A stretch of DNA of 64,000 nucleotides from a virus, in the IMG/VR virus record IMGVR_UViG_3300021138_000014, positions 18,375 to 82,374 of that record, one strand, 5' to 3'. A model generated the notes under the pieces. It made no database searches. It was not told the origin of the DNA and saw nothing but the letters and a program-made list of their open reading frames with translations. A program made the translations under genes and the position numbers. Positions 9,665-19,294 of this stretch are shown in pieces. Positions within the stretch are counted from its first letter, which is position 1. Each line of letters opens with the position of its first letter.

Positions 9665-10327
9665 TTACTTAAGCTTGTCAGCCAACTCTTGAAGATCCTT
9701 TAAGCTAGAACGTGAAATCAAACGCTCTGAACTGTATGGGGTGATGGTCTTTGCAAACGCCTGAACGTCTGCTTCGTTGACACCAAAGTCTTCCTGAAGG
9801 TCGCGCGCCTTCACTGGAATCATTTGATAGCTTGTATTCTGCTTAACGCCTGTACGGGAAAGTGTCCAGTATCCGGCGCTCAATGGACCAAAGCTGCCTG
9901 ATGCGTGCTGTTGCAAAGTTTCGTAAAAACGAACAGACGATACGGTCATTACTTGATGGAGGAAAGGCTTAACTCCGAGGTTGATAACGTTGAACTTATG
10001 CTTTGAGACTGGCTTATGAACAACATCAAGACAGAGTGGGCAATTACTGCCGAGACAGACGAATGTTCGACGACCCTCAGTGATTTCGTTGATCCAGTGC
10101 TCTTTATAGTTAACGACTGGTGCGTCGTCGATAAAACGGACAAGCGTACGAGTTTCTGAGTATTTGAAGTCATCTGGATATTCTCCTCCTGAGCGCTCTT
10201 CTGTTTGCCAGCCTGATGTGATGCCAATTGAAGAAGCATCTACTGTTGTTGCTGGACGAGCATCTACTGAGAACTCGTCGTCTTCTGTTACGAAGCTTGT
10301 TGCATCTAGATTTTGGTTGATTCCCAT
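9665..10327 (-). CDS. Single-stranded DNA-binding protein (gp32-like)
   Basis: VRF..., HW...C...CPLC Zn motif, SRTG...TSY; adjacent to polymerase. Confidence 0.72.
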   Translation of the reverse strand: MGINQNLDATSFVTEDDEFSVDARPATTVDASSIGITSGWQTEERSGGEYPDDFKYSETRTLVRFIDDAPVVNYKEHWINEITEGRRTFVCLGSNCPLCLDVVHKPVSKHKFNVINLGVKPFLHQVMTVSSVRFYETLQQHASGSFGPLSAGYWTLSRTGVKQNTSYQMIPVKARDLQEDFGVNEADVQAFAKTITPYSSERLISRSSLKDLQELADKLK

Positions 10328-10368
10328 TTATTTTTATCCTTAGTTTATTTATGGTTATTTATGGTTAT

Positions 10369-10824
10369 TTAGTTTTGTTCGTGCTGTCTTATCTCTTCCC
10401 ACGTTTCCGTGAGTTTTGATGTTATACCCCTGTGCTTAGCCCACTCTATACGGTTAGCGTGTAAAACACCAGCCTTGGCAAAGATATTAATCGCCGCCTC
10501 AATCATGGCCCGTGTATATAAACGCCGACCTTCTCTCATCTCACCGTTCTTGTCAGGTTTGGCTGGCAAGCGGTAAGGCGACAGAGGAATGTAGCCTTCC
10601 TTCATCCACAATCGTATCGTAATGATCGGCCGATTCAAAGCCGACGCGAGCGCCCCAATTGTGAACATTTCTATGTCCTTGCCGTTGGGCAGGGTCCGCA
10701 TCTTGGGGTGCTTATCCCAAGCAACTTTTTCTGGAGTTTCTTTTACTGGGGGAGTTTTGATCTTTTTTTTGCTTCCCGGATAAAAAAGGTCTCCAAAGGA
10801 GTCTTCAATAAAATCTGAGGTCAT
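10369..10824 (-). CDS. MerR-like HTH DNA-binding protein
   Basis: FTIGALASALNRPIITIRLWMKEGYIP...RRLYT. Confidence 0.8.
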   Translation of the reverse strand: MTSDFIEDSFGDLFYPGSKKKIKTPPVKETPEKVAWDKHPKMRTLPNGKDIEMFTIGALASALNRPIITIRLWMKEGYIPLSPYRLPAKPDKNGEMREGRRLYTRAMIEAAINIFAKAGVLHANRIEWAKHRGITSKLTETWEEIRQHEQN

Positions 10825-11207
10825 AGTATGAAAGCGTACGTTACCTTAGTATCAACAAGCGAATCGATCTCTTCTTCAGTGATCTGACCCTTGTAATGGG
10901 CCGCCATAATGGCGTCGTCTTTAATAACAGGTACGTATTCAACGCAGTCTTCCCAGATACCCTTAGCCTTAAGCATTTCCTCAGCTTCTTCGAGCTTAAT
11001 GGATTTACTTTCTTTACGCTGGTATGTGAGTTTAAGATCGTCGTTAAGTTCTAAGCGGAGGTGACCGCTATCGTCCTCTGTGCCTTCAGCTTGCAACACA
11101 GCGACTAATTTGTCGCGCAAAAGTTTCTTGCGATCAGCAAGTAATTTTTCTTGATCTTTAATGGCTCGGTACTGTCGAGCGTCTTCTACATAGTCTTGAA
11201 GTGCCAT
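10821..11207 (-). CDS. Hypothetical phage protein (coiled coil)
   Basis: GGGAGG RBS; follows a sigma-70-type promoter. Confidence 0.75.
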   Translation of the reverse strand: MALQDYVEDARQYRAIKDQEKLLADRKKLLRDKLVAVLQAEGTEDDSGHLRLELNDDLKLTYQRKESKSIKLEEAEEMLKAKGIWEDCVEYVPVIKDDAIMAAHYKGQITEEEIDSLVDTKVTYAFIL

Positions 11208-11228
11208 GTAAGCCTCCCTTTTGGGAGT

Positions 11229-11258
11229 AACTTAGGGCTTAGTTGTGGGTCTTGTCAA
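11229..11258 (-). promoter_or_regulatory. SigA/sigma-70-type early promoter
   Basis: TTGACA-N18-TAAGTT on minus strand, heading the early/recombination operon. Confidence 0.7.
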
Positions 11259-11397
11259 CTTTAATGTAGTGCTCAAGCGCCTTGATAATCACGCTTGTGA
11301 CGGTAACCTTTTCAGCAGCAGCTTTCTTCTGCACAGCAAGCCAGAGGTCATCGGAGACCCGGATTGTGCGCGTAGGCGTCTTAGGTGCGTTAGGCAT
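11239..11397 (-). CDS. Ribbon-helix-helix DNA-binding protein (52 aa)
   Basis: Hand-translated MPNAPKTPTRTIRVSDDLWLAVQKKAAAEKVTVTSVIIKALEHYI; below ORF-track cutoff. Confidence 0.85.
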   Translation of the reverse strand: MPNAPKTPTRTIRVSDDLWLAVQKKAAAEKVTVTSVIIKALEHYIKVDKTHN

Positions 11398-11406
11398 TAG
11401 ATAAGT

Positions 11407-11646
11407 CTACCCGTTTGGGCGCTCTTCTAGGTTCGAAACGTAGGGTGTTTGTATGTGAGAATCTGGGGCTACATTTGGCTTGTTCTGTGAATTTGATGGC
11501 ATAGCCAACCCAGCCGTTGCTGCCGTTACCGCCATGCCTATGTGCATTGGATCGGTAGCAAAGTTACTTGATTTCCAAGCGGCTAGTCCAGCCAAGGAAG
11601 ACAAGATAACTGATTTAGGATCTTTGATCGGGAATTTGAAGGACAT
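11407..11646 (-). CDS. Putative holin / small membrane protein
   Basis: Two hydrophobic segments; downstream of endolysin. Confidence 0.55.
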   Translation of the reverse strand: MSFKFPIKDPKSVILSSLAGLAAWKSSNFATDPMHIGMAVTAATAGLAMPSNSQNKPNVAPDSHIQTPYVSNLEERPNG

Positions 11647-11974
11647 TCATAATCTCCTTTACATTGCGACGAATCTCCTCAAGATGGTCATGAGACGCTT
11701 GATCCAGTTTAAGATCTTTTTCAATAATGCGTCGGTCTTCATTTCCAGATCTATTGGTTGCATTAAGAATTAACCCAGAAAGCAAAATAGATTCTAAAGA
11801 AACAATAAGTGTTAAAAGCCCATAAGGAAACGCTTCAAACCTAAACGCTACCCAAGATCCCCACCAAACAGCGTGAAAAAGCATAAACCAGTAAGAAGCA
11901 AAAGCCGTTGATGCCCAGTCCGAAACAGCCTGAAACTTAACAGCAATTCCTTTTTTCTTTCTATACTTTGTCAT
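11615..11974 (-). CDS. DUF1003-like membrane protein
   Basis: FPYGLLTLIVSLESILLSGLIL..NR..D motif. Confidence 0.8.
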   Translation of the reverse strand: MTKYRKKKGIAVKFQAVSDWASTAFASYWFMLFHAVWWGSWVAFRFEAFPYGLLTLIVSLESILLSGLILNATNRSGNEDRRIIEKDLKLDQASHDHLEEIRRNVKEIMNVLQIPDQRS

Positions 11975-12837
11975 GAACCCGCCTTAGCTGTCATAGATGT
12001 GTATGTCCAAACGTCAATGCCTTTTCCTATAGAGGCTTTTAATCCTGGGTATTGTTTTTGATACACAGGTATGAGAGCAATCTCTTCTGCTGTTAAAACA
12101 TTAGATACAAGATTTGCTGGGAGTAGTCCTGCATTAGCCAGTGCTCTAGCAACAATGAGTTCTGCTGTTCCCTTTGCGCCAACTTTAAAAGCCGAAGATC
12201 CTGGAAAAGGTGGAGCAACAATCACGGTTGTTTTTGTTGCAGGAGGTGTTGTAGAAGACGTGTGAGTTGCTAAAGCTGCCCCGCCTCCACCTAAAGCAGT
12301 TACAGCGGCGGTTCCAACAGCAACTGGCTTAGTAGCAAGTTTGCTGACGGCGGGTGCGTGAACTGCGGCATAGGCTGGACGAACGATAGCCATAACGCCT
12401 AGGTAAGGGCGATGTCTACGGAATACGCCAATACCATCTGCCTGTGATCCAACAGCATGATCGGCGCTTGTGTTTGCCTCAATAGTTGTTATGCCGTCTG
12501 CGGAAGCGCCCTCAATAATACCCACGTGTTGGGGAACGCCTGTACCGTCCCAGCAAAAGAACACGATGTCGCCGGGCATACCTTTGTACTTGTCTACAAC
12601 AGCGCCCTTTTTCTGAAACCAGCGAAGGCCTTCTGGGCAGTAACTAAAACCTTTAGCGGTAGACGCCGCTACTAAACTTGACGCCCCAGCTTGGTCAAAT
12701 ACCCAGCTAACAAACATCGCACAGTAAGGATCGTTATCTAGACCATACCACTGCCCGTACTTTGTCTCGTTGTTTGGACCCTCTACATAGCCAATTTCTT
12801 TGGCGGCAATATTTACTATATCTAAACCTGTTGCCAT
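11971..12837 (-). CDS. Endolysin with CHAP domain and C-terminal putative cell-wall-binding domain
   Basis: YCAMFVSW, PGDIVFF, HVGI, IEAN. Confidence 0.9.
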   Translation of the reverse strand: MATGLDIVNIAAKEIGYVEGPNNETKYGQWYGLDNDPYCAMFVSWVFDQAGASSLVAASTAKGFSYCPEGLRWFQKKGAVVDKYKGMPGDIVFFCWDGTGVPQHVGIIEGASADGITTIEANTSADHAVGSQADGIGVFRRHRPYLGVMAIVRPAYAAVHAPAVSKLATKPVAVGTAAVTALGGGGAALATHTSSTTPPATKTTVIVAPPFPGSSAFKVGAKGTAELIVARALANAGLLPANLVSNVLTAEEIALIPVYQKQYPGLKASIGKGIDVWTYTSMTAKAGS

Positions 12838-12921
12838 TATTACCCCCTATATTTTCAAGATACAACAAAAAGGCAAAAAGTTCAGCACATATGTAGTTAC
12901 TGTGTTTGTAATACTGTGCTA

Positions 12922-13404
12922 ATGGCTTATACACCTGCACCCGGCGATTATGGCGTCGTACACACAAATGGATTCTTTGGCAAGTTAATTAGACTTGGAA
13001 CATTGAGTCGTTGGAACCATGCTTTTGTTTACATCGGTAACGGACAGATCGTTGAAGCAAACCCGTCTGGCGTTGCTATTAGCCCAGTTGATAAGTACCC
13101 AGCCTATTATGTAGCGTGGAACCAGCACGAAAAACTAAACGAAGAACAGCGGATGCAAATTGTTGCTCACGCTAAATCTATGGTTGGTGTGTCTTATGGT
13201 TTTGTTGATATTGCTAATCTAGCATTTCGTATTCTTGGTTTAAAAGTTATTGCTAATACAAAAATATTTAAAACTGCAAGTAAGCGCTATGGAGTTATTT
13301 GCTCTGAATTAGTAGCGGAATGTTACGGAGCTGCTGGTATTGACTTTGGTAGCCCAATTTCGGTTACGCCGGGCGACTTGGCTTACCGCCTTGTTTACCA
13401 GTGA
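12922..13404 (+). CDS. Permuted papain-like NlpC/P60 protein (YiiX/YebB-like)
   Basis: PGD, WNHAFVYIG, C-terminal ICSELVA (His precedes Cys). Confidence 0.85.
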   Translation: MAYTPAPGDYGVVHTNGFFGKLIRLGTLSRWNHAFVYIGNGQIVEANPSGVAISPVDKYPAYYVAWNQHEKLNEEQRMQIVAHAKSMVGVSYGFVDIANLAFRILGLKVIANTKIFKTASKRYGVICSELVAECYGAAGIDFGSPISVTPGDLAYRLVYQ

Positions 13405-15042
13405 TCAAACGTAAGTATTAACCATAAACTGACGAAGGCTTCCCAAAGTCAGGTTAAGTTCTCCCTCTTTATCAATACCCTCACCGTCCACGATAGCGGC
13501 AGCTACTGAGTTCTTTTGCTGAAGCATCTCGTGTTGACGTTGTTCAATTGAGCCAGCAATTAAAATATCTTGAATAACTATTGATGGCCATTTGGACGAG
13601 GCTCGTTTGATTCGACCGTTTCGTTGAACCGCGCCTCCCGACGACCAAGGTAGGTCATAATTAATAAGAAGATTAGCCGCTGGCAAATCAACACCATAGC
13701 CACCGGCATCAGAACTAACAAGAACGCGTACATCAGGTTCGGTATTGAAAGCAATTTTATTATCTTCTTTCGTCCTAGCGTTAAGACGACCAGTGTACGT
13801 CCGACACCCATACGATTTCAGTGCTTCTGAGATCTTATCTACCATCTCAATGTATGTTGCAAAAATTACAACTTTATTTTCTGGATCCGTGTCAAGGAAA
13901 TCCTTAACGTACTCGTCAAGCACCTTTAATTTAATACCCTCTGGCAAGTTATCGAGAAGACCTTGCTCCTGCAAACCAGCTGCATAAGAGGAACCTTCTC
14001 CCGTATCCCCAGCTATGTACTTTTTAGCACTGCTAATTAGCAAGTCTGGGTGCGAGGAAAGCATCTTTAAAGCGCCAACTCGTGACATGATTTTTCCACG
14101 CCATTCGTTTTCTAAGTAGTTATTATCGCCTTTATCTAAACCATAGTGAGTAAAGACATTAAAGTTTGATCCAAATAGGTTTTGTGCTTCGTCAAGTTCT
14201 CGAATCAAATCATCTTTAATGTGCTCGTATAACTTTGCGGTCTTCTTGTCTAAAGTTACATATAGAGGTTCCGCATGAAGAGAGTCTGGCAAAAAGGGAG
14301 CCACATCTGGGTCTTTTTGGGCTTTGCGTACGCAGGCTTCCGCTAACCGCTCGTGAAGAACAGGTAAATTACGATAGCGGGAAACACCACCAAAGTTATT
14401 TCTAACAATAAAAGCCTTATCAAAGATATCAAAACGACCAAGAACTGAGTCATCTACAAATTGCATGATGCTGAAGAGTTCTTCTGGTTTACCGTTCTCA
14501 ATTGGGGTTCCTGTAAGGGCAAACTTGTATTGAACGTTGCTGAGTCGCTTTACAGCCTTTGAACGTTTAGATCTAAAGGATTTGATAGCGGTGGCTTCGT
14601 CAAGTACTACAAACCCCCGTGGAAGTCTTTTAACGCTCTCCCAGTCGTTTACTACCTGCTCGTAGTTCATAATCACGTAATCAACGTGTGATTCTTTCCA
14701 GTTGTACGCCTCCTCGTATTGAGCGGCGCGTTGCTTAGGGGTTCCATCAATAACTATAGTTTTAGAGGATCCCTCAGTAAACTTATCAATCTGGTTAGCC
14801 CATTGATATTTAAGGCTGGAAAGACAGATAACCATTCCCGGCTCCCGGATAGATCCTCTGTCCATCAGCTTCTCAAGCGCAGCAATAGTAATTACTGTCT
14901 TTCCTAGCCCTAAATCGTAAGCAACAAGAATCTTATTACGAGCAATCATCTTGTCAACTGCGTAGGGTTGGTAAGGAAGCAGGGAGCCTTTAAATGTCAT
15001 TTCCTTTTCTCCAATGCAGATAGGAGCGTATGTATACAGCAC
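13405..15042 (-). CDS. SNF2-family DNA helicase
   Basis: GLGKT, LDEA, LTGTPIEN, GVDL, QRNGRI; likely start MTFKGSL. Confidence 0.93.
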   Translation of the reverse strand: MLYTYAPICIGEKEMTFKGSLLPYQPYAVDKMIARNKILVAYDLGLGKTVITIAALEKLMDRGSIREPGMVICLSSLKYQWANQIDKFTEGSSKTIVIDGTPKQRAAQYEEAYNWKESHVDYVIMNYEQVVNDWESVKRLPRGFVVLDEATAIKSFRSKRSKAVKRLSNVQYKFALTGTPIENGKPEELFSIMQFVDDSVLGRFDIFDKAFIVRNNFGGVSRYRNLPVLHERLAEACVRKAQKDPDVAPFLPDSLHAEPLYVTLDKKTAKLYEHIKDDLIRELDEAQNLFGSNFNVFTHYGLDKGDNNYLENEWRGKIMSRVGALKMLSSHPDLLISSAKKYIAGDTGEGSSYAAGLQEQGLLDNLPEGIKLKVLDEYVKDFLDTDPENKVVIFATYIEMVDKISEALKSYGCRTYTGRLNARTKEDNKIAFNTEPDVRVLVSSDAGGYGVDLPAANLLINYDLPWSSGGAVQRNGRIKRASSKWPSIVIQDILIAGSIEQRQHEMLQQKNSVAAAIVDGEGIDKEGELNLTLGSLRQFMVNTYV

Positions 15043-15205
15043 TATAGGCTAGGGAGGCAAATATGAAGCCGTACTGGTGGGAAGTAACAGCATAGATAGA
15101 CCAAAGGCACTCATTAAACAGTAACAAAAACCAACCCCAAATAGTCTTGCTACCTACGACAAAGATGCCTGTGGTTCCTACAATAGCAAGTACCCATGAC
15201 CACAT
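14990..15205 (-). CDS. Small 3-TM PnuC-like membrane protein
   Basis: Three hydrophobic helices, K.IWGW...NECLW..YA...QYG...Y..W. Confidence 0.6.
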   Translation of the reverse strand: MWSWVLAIVGTTGIFVVGSKTIWGWFLLLFNECLWSIYAVTSHQYGFIFASLAYSAVYIRSYLHWRKGNDI

Positions 15206-15735
15206 TAGTTTTGCGCCGCCAAAGTAAAAGACGTAATTTTTTCTTTGAGGTCTTCAATGGAACCATCGTTAACAATAATCTGGCTAAACCCATGATTATC
15301 CAAAGCCGATTCTGATATGTGACTGTTGGTAGCAATAACTTCGGGGCGTTCTACTCTCCAAAGTTGACCCTCAAATTGATCAATCATGTTTGCTTCGTTA
15401 AGGAACCGGACATCACTAATAACGTAATTCTTTCCGTATTCCATTTTGCGTAAAGCCGTTTCAATCCAAATCTCGGAATCAACAACCTCTCGCATGGAAA
15501 CTCCAAGGGACTGAAGTAAGCGTCGAACTTCTGGGTGCGCCTTTGCTAACTCCCAACCGTTTTCTTCAACGTAGTCGTAAATACGAGTATTATCAATAAC
15601 AAAAGGATTGATTTGTAAAAGTAATTCTCTAATAGGATCAGCAAACGCTATGCGTTCAAACGCATAATCTTCTACAAGGATATTTGCTACTGTATCTTTT
15701 CCGGAACGTGCATAACCAGATAATCCAATAATCAT
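15205..15735 (-). CDS. Deoxynucleoside monophosphate kinase
   Basis: IIGLSGYARSGKDT, FADPIR, RRLLQ.LG, SDVRF.NE, HISE. Confidence 0.92.
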   Translation of the reverse strand: MIIGLSGYARSGKDTVANILVEDYAFERIAFADPIRELLLQINPFVIDNTRIYDYVEENGWELAKAHPEVRRLLQSLGVSMREVVDSEIWIETALRKMEYGKNYVISDVRFLNEANMIDQFEGQLWRVERPEVIATNSHISESALDNHGFSQIIVNDGSIEDLKEKITSFTLAAQN

Positions 15736-16658
15736 AATAGTGCTCTTCTCCCGTGTAGTGAATGCTTAGCGTTTGCTAAACCTATCTCAATCTCTTCCTT
15801 GCTCATACCACCTACGTCTTTCTGATCAGTGTGGCGGTAGTTAAAAAACCAACATTCAAAATTAAACTCTTTAGACTTCTTCAGCATTTCCTCAGACGAG
15901 GCTTTACCAGCGTCGTCGTTGTCTAAAGCAAAAATAATCTTGCCTGCCCCACGAATAAGGTTTAATTGATCAATAGAAATAATTGAGCCGTAGGTGGACA
16001 CGCCCCCGTGCACACCTACGGACATCAACCTGGCCGCATCGAGTGGGGACTCGACAACTACCATCTGATCAAACTGTTGAACGTTCTTGTAACCAAAAAG
16101 AGCTTTGCTTTTATGGATACCTGCGGGAAAATTTTTAAAGTAACGATTAAAGACCCCCTTCTCTTGCCAACCCCACAACTTATTAGTATGCGGGTCGCGT
16201 ATAGGAAGGATCCATGACTCTTTCTGATTGTCGTAAAGGATCTCGTAAAAAGTTGTTGCGGAGGCAGTTAAGCCTCGTGACTTCCGAAGTTCTAGGGGTA
16301 CGTCAACAAATGCTGCAAGGTTTGCCTCAGTCAAAGAAAAATATTCTTCTTTGGGCTTTGGCTTAGGTTTTAACGCTGCTTCTAATCGCTTGCCTAATGT
16401 GGATGTCACCCAATCGTCTGATTGCTCTATCGGTGTTCCATTGAGGTAAGCGATTAGAAAGTTAAGTCCGCCTTTAAAGCCACATGAAAAACAAATATGT
16501 GCTCCAGTATCGGCGTTGATCCACCATGAGGGATTACGATCTATATGACCTGTACGACCCAAGTGACCGGGGCAATAGCCATTGACCTCAGACCCTCTGG
16601 TATTGGTAGTTTCAATATTAAGGGTGTCAAGGATGCGGATTAGTTCGTCGGTGGTCAA
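15732..16658 (-). CDS. DNA primase (Zn finger + TOPRIM)
   Basis: CPGH...CFSC; VVESPLDA; LDNDDAG. Confidence 0.92.
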   Translation of the reverse strand: MTTDELIRILDTLNIETTNTRGSEVNGYCPGHLGRTGHIDRNPSWWINADTGAHICFSCGFKGGLNFLIAYLNGTPIEQSDDWVTSTLGKRLEAALKPKPKPKEEYFSLTEANLAAFVDVPLELRKSRGLTASATTFYEILYDNQKESWILPIRDPHTNKLWGWQEKGVFNRYFKNFPAGIHKSKALFGYKNVQQFDQMVVVESPLDAARLMSVGVHGGVSTYGSIISIDQLNLIRGAGKIIFALDNDDAGKASSEEMLKKSKEFNFECWFFNYRHTDQKDVGGMSKEEIEIGLANAKHSLHGRRALL

Positions 16659-17890
16659 ATGTCGTCCTCTTCAATAACCAACTCACGGAACGTTGCGTTC
16701 GCCCAGTCCCAACGGAGGTCAACCTCCCCAGGTCCTGAGTTACGGCTTGCCACAATAGAAAGTTTGCGGGTGGTATCTGCCCATGTATCGTCTACTTCAA
16801 GGGCAAAGACAACGTCGGCGTCTTGGAAAAACGATGAAGAGTAACCAATTGAGTTAGCGGTAACGCGACCGTTCTCTTTCTTCTTCTCTAGCGCCTGAGT
16901 AGTCAAAATAATCGGAACTTTATACTTTTGAGCAAGCAATTTAAACCCACGAGTCAAGGCAGTTAATGCACGTGGAGTGTCACGTTCTCCGCTTATTTCG
17001 TCTGTCATCAAGTAAACACCGTCAATGACAACAATGTCTGGTCGGTGGATTTGCATCTTTGCAACTACCCCGGACAAGGTTGTGCCAGAAGCAGAACCCA
17101 CCAACCAGAACCCGTTGTGAAAGCGAGACGCTGTGTCATAGGTTCGCTTTAATCGCGCTTCGTCAGGAGCGTTAAGATCACCCGTAAGTAAACGAGATTG
17201 AGAAACACGAGCTGCAATAGCGTCATATCGATCGGCCTGCTCGTTGTTATTCATTTCAAAAGAATAAAACATAGGAACCATTTCAGTAGTTCTATGGATG
17301 TTATATGCCATCTGCATAGCCAAGGTTGACTTACCTGTTTTAGGTGTAGCAGTAATAACAATCAACTGACCGGGTTGTAGACCAAGAGTCGCCTTATCAA
17401 TTGTAGGAAAACCTGTTGGAAGACCTAGAAGCCCGCCGGGATTCTTCTTTCGATCTAAGTAACGTTGCCAACGAGCCTCGCCAGTCTTTGTAATATCTAC
17501 GTCATCGGTTTTACTTAGTCCATCAAGTTCCAACTTGATAAGGGAATTCTGCATTGCGTTAAGGGCGTTTGCATAATCTTTACCTTCAATACTGCTAACG
17601 ATCTCTCCAGCGGCTGAAGCAATGACGTTTTCGCGTCGACGTTGTAATAGGGTGTCCAAAAGATAGTGAATGGAGTCTTCGCCCGGTACGGGGGTATAAG
17701 TAGGAAAGTTAGTATTAATTACTTCGAGGCTTGGTGATTCACCATATGTAGAAAAGTGTTGCTTAACAAAAATCCAAATCTTCTTGTCGGTCTCATCGTT
17801 AAACCAACTAGTTCCTACACCGCGTTCAAACAGCGTTGTTAGGTCGCGATCAATAATCGCTTTACTGAGTAATCTGCTTTCAATATTCAT
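16655..17890 (-). CDS. dnaB: DnaB-like replicative helicase
   Basis: GLPTGF, ATPKTGKS, SFEM, IDGVYL, QDAD, SRN. Confidence 0.93.
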   Translation of the reverse strand: MNIESRLLSKAIIDRDLTTLFERGVGTSWFNDETDKKIWIFVKQHFSTYGESPSLEVINTNFPTYTPVPGEDSIHYLLDTLLQRRRENVIASAAGEIVSSIEGKDYANALNAMQNSLIKLELDGLSKTDDVDITKTGEARWQRYLDRKKNPGGLLGLPTGFPTIDKATLGLQPGQLIVITATPKTGKSTLAMQMAYNIHRTTEMVPMFYSFEMNNNEQADRYDAIAARVSQSRLLTGDLNAPDEARLKRTYDTASRFHNGFWLVGSASGTTLSGVVAKMQIHRPDIVVIDGVYLMTDEISGERDTPRALTALTRGFKLLAQKYKVPIILTTQALEKKKENGRVTANSIGYSSSFFQDADVVFALEVDDTWADTTRKLSIVASRNSGPGEVDLRWDWANATFRELVIEEDDI

Positions 17891-18303
17891 AAACGTGTCA
17901 TATCCATTCCCCAGTGTCCGTATCTGAGCAATCTATCAGGTTTATCTATCACCCCCAAAACTTCTGGTCTATATGGGAGGGTCTTGATTAACTGATCCAT
18001 TGAACTGTAGGACGTAAAGTACCTGAAAGGATTGGTTCCTGCAACATCGAGTTGTTCTTCTAGTTTTATCATCTGCTCGGCGTCAAACGTGTAGGAGACG
18101 CACTCGAGCGTGTAAGGTGTGCGATCGTTATAAAGCCATAAACGGCTTAGAAGGTCGGCTCGTACTTGAGCATGGGTTTTGCGTGTGATCTTTGTTTTAA
18201 AAAGTTTTTTTTCTTTTACGTCTGAAATCTGCGTGTCAATAAATAGATCGGTTGTTACTAGTACACGCATGGGGATTTCATTGCTTATATCCCCCTTGTA
18301 CAT
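17887..18303 (-). CDS. Hypothetical protein
   Basis: Coupled ORF in the replication operon. Confidence 0.7.
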   Translation of the reverse strand: MYKGDISNEIPMRVLVTTDLFIDTQISDVKEKKLFKTKITRKTHAQVRADLLSRLWLYNDRTPYTLECVSYTFDAEQMIKLEEQLDVAGTNPFRYFTSYSSMDQLIKTLPYRPEVLGVIDKPDRLLRYGHWGMDMTRL

Positions 18304-18617
18304 TAGAACACCTCTATTTTTCCAAATTTAATAATGAAGTCCCTAAACGCTTCGTCAGAGTCCTCTGCTTTTTGTGCATCTTCTGGAGTTGTGCGCGTAG
18401 AAATCTCGTGAGGATAAGTTCCTCCGTGTGAATCTATCCTACTCTGAACAAAACGGGTGTGCTTACATGTCTTTCTACCGTTGTAACCTGAGCATGTACA
18501 GGTTAAAGCACCGCCGGGTTTAATACAAACCTCAAAGATTCCAGGGCCAGGATTACCTGTTGGACTTAAAAAGATCTGTAACAGGCGTATGCCCTCTTCC
18601 ACAGGTACTCCCCTCAT
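18303..18617 (-). CDS. SWIM-type zinc finger protein
   Basis: CTC...CKH. Confidence 0.75.
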   Translation of the reverse strand: MRGVPVEEGIRLLQIFLSPTGNPGPGIFEVCIKPGGALTCTCSGYNGRKTCKHTRFVQSRIDSHGGTYPHEISTRTTPEDAQKAEDSDEAFRDFIIKFGKIEVF

Positions 18618-19294
18618 CGCGCTCGTAGATCTCCTTGCGTAGATTTTACCTGAATATTGACAAACGCTTCTTGTGCAAAGCTAGCCAGTGCTGAATTATA
18701 TTTCACCCACTCAGCCGTTGGAAGATTTGAAGTAATAATTGTTGGAAGACAGTTTGAGTATCTAGAACGAAGAACCTCATCTATGATGGAACGTTGCCAC
18801 CCAGATGCAGATTGAAATTCTTTTCCGAGGTCATCAATAACAAGAACTTTAATGTTTCTAGACTCTGTTTTTGACTCACCCATAATGCTTTCCCATAGGG
18901 CTTCTTTAGTACCCTCAACGTAGTCGCTCATCAAATACCCGCGAAGGTTTACTAACTTAACGTAAGTAGTAAAAAACACTGGTTGGGTAGCATTAAACGG
19001 GAATACATCAAGGCTAACGGTACGCATAAGATCTTGAACAAGGGCGGCCGCTACGGTCGTCTTTCCTTGACCGGGCGCTCCAAAAAGCGCAAGCCCTTTA
19101 CCCGCAAGATCGGTGCCCATAACATCAATAACTTTCCCTGACTTAACAAGATCCATCCATGTCAAAATGTCATCCATGTCGTTGGGAGAAATCTCGGTGC
19201 AGTCGCTTAGTTCTCTGCCAATGTACTTTGGAGGAATCTGAGAAGACTGTACCCATGATTGTCTACGAAACTTTAGATCGTCAAGGTTATACAT
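18614..19294 (-). CDS. DnaC/IstB-like AAA+ helicase loader
   Basis: GAPGQGKT, VLVIDDLGKE, RY...PTIITSN. Confidence 0.9.
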   Translation of the reverse strand: MYNLDDLKFRRQSWVQSSQIPPKYIGRELSDCTEISPNDMDDILTWMDLVKSGKVIDVMGTDLAGKGLALFGAPGQGKTTVAAALVQDLMRTVSLDVFPFNATQPVFFTTYVKLVNLRGYLMSDYVEGTKEALWESIMGESKTESRNIKVLVIDDLGKEFQSASGWQRSIIDEVLRSRYSNCLPTIITSNLPTAEWVKYNSALASFAQEAFVNIQVKSTQGDLRAR

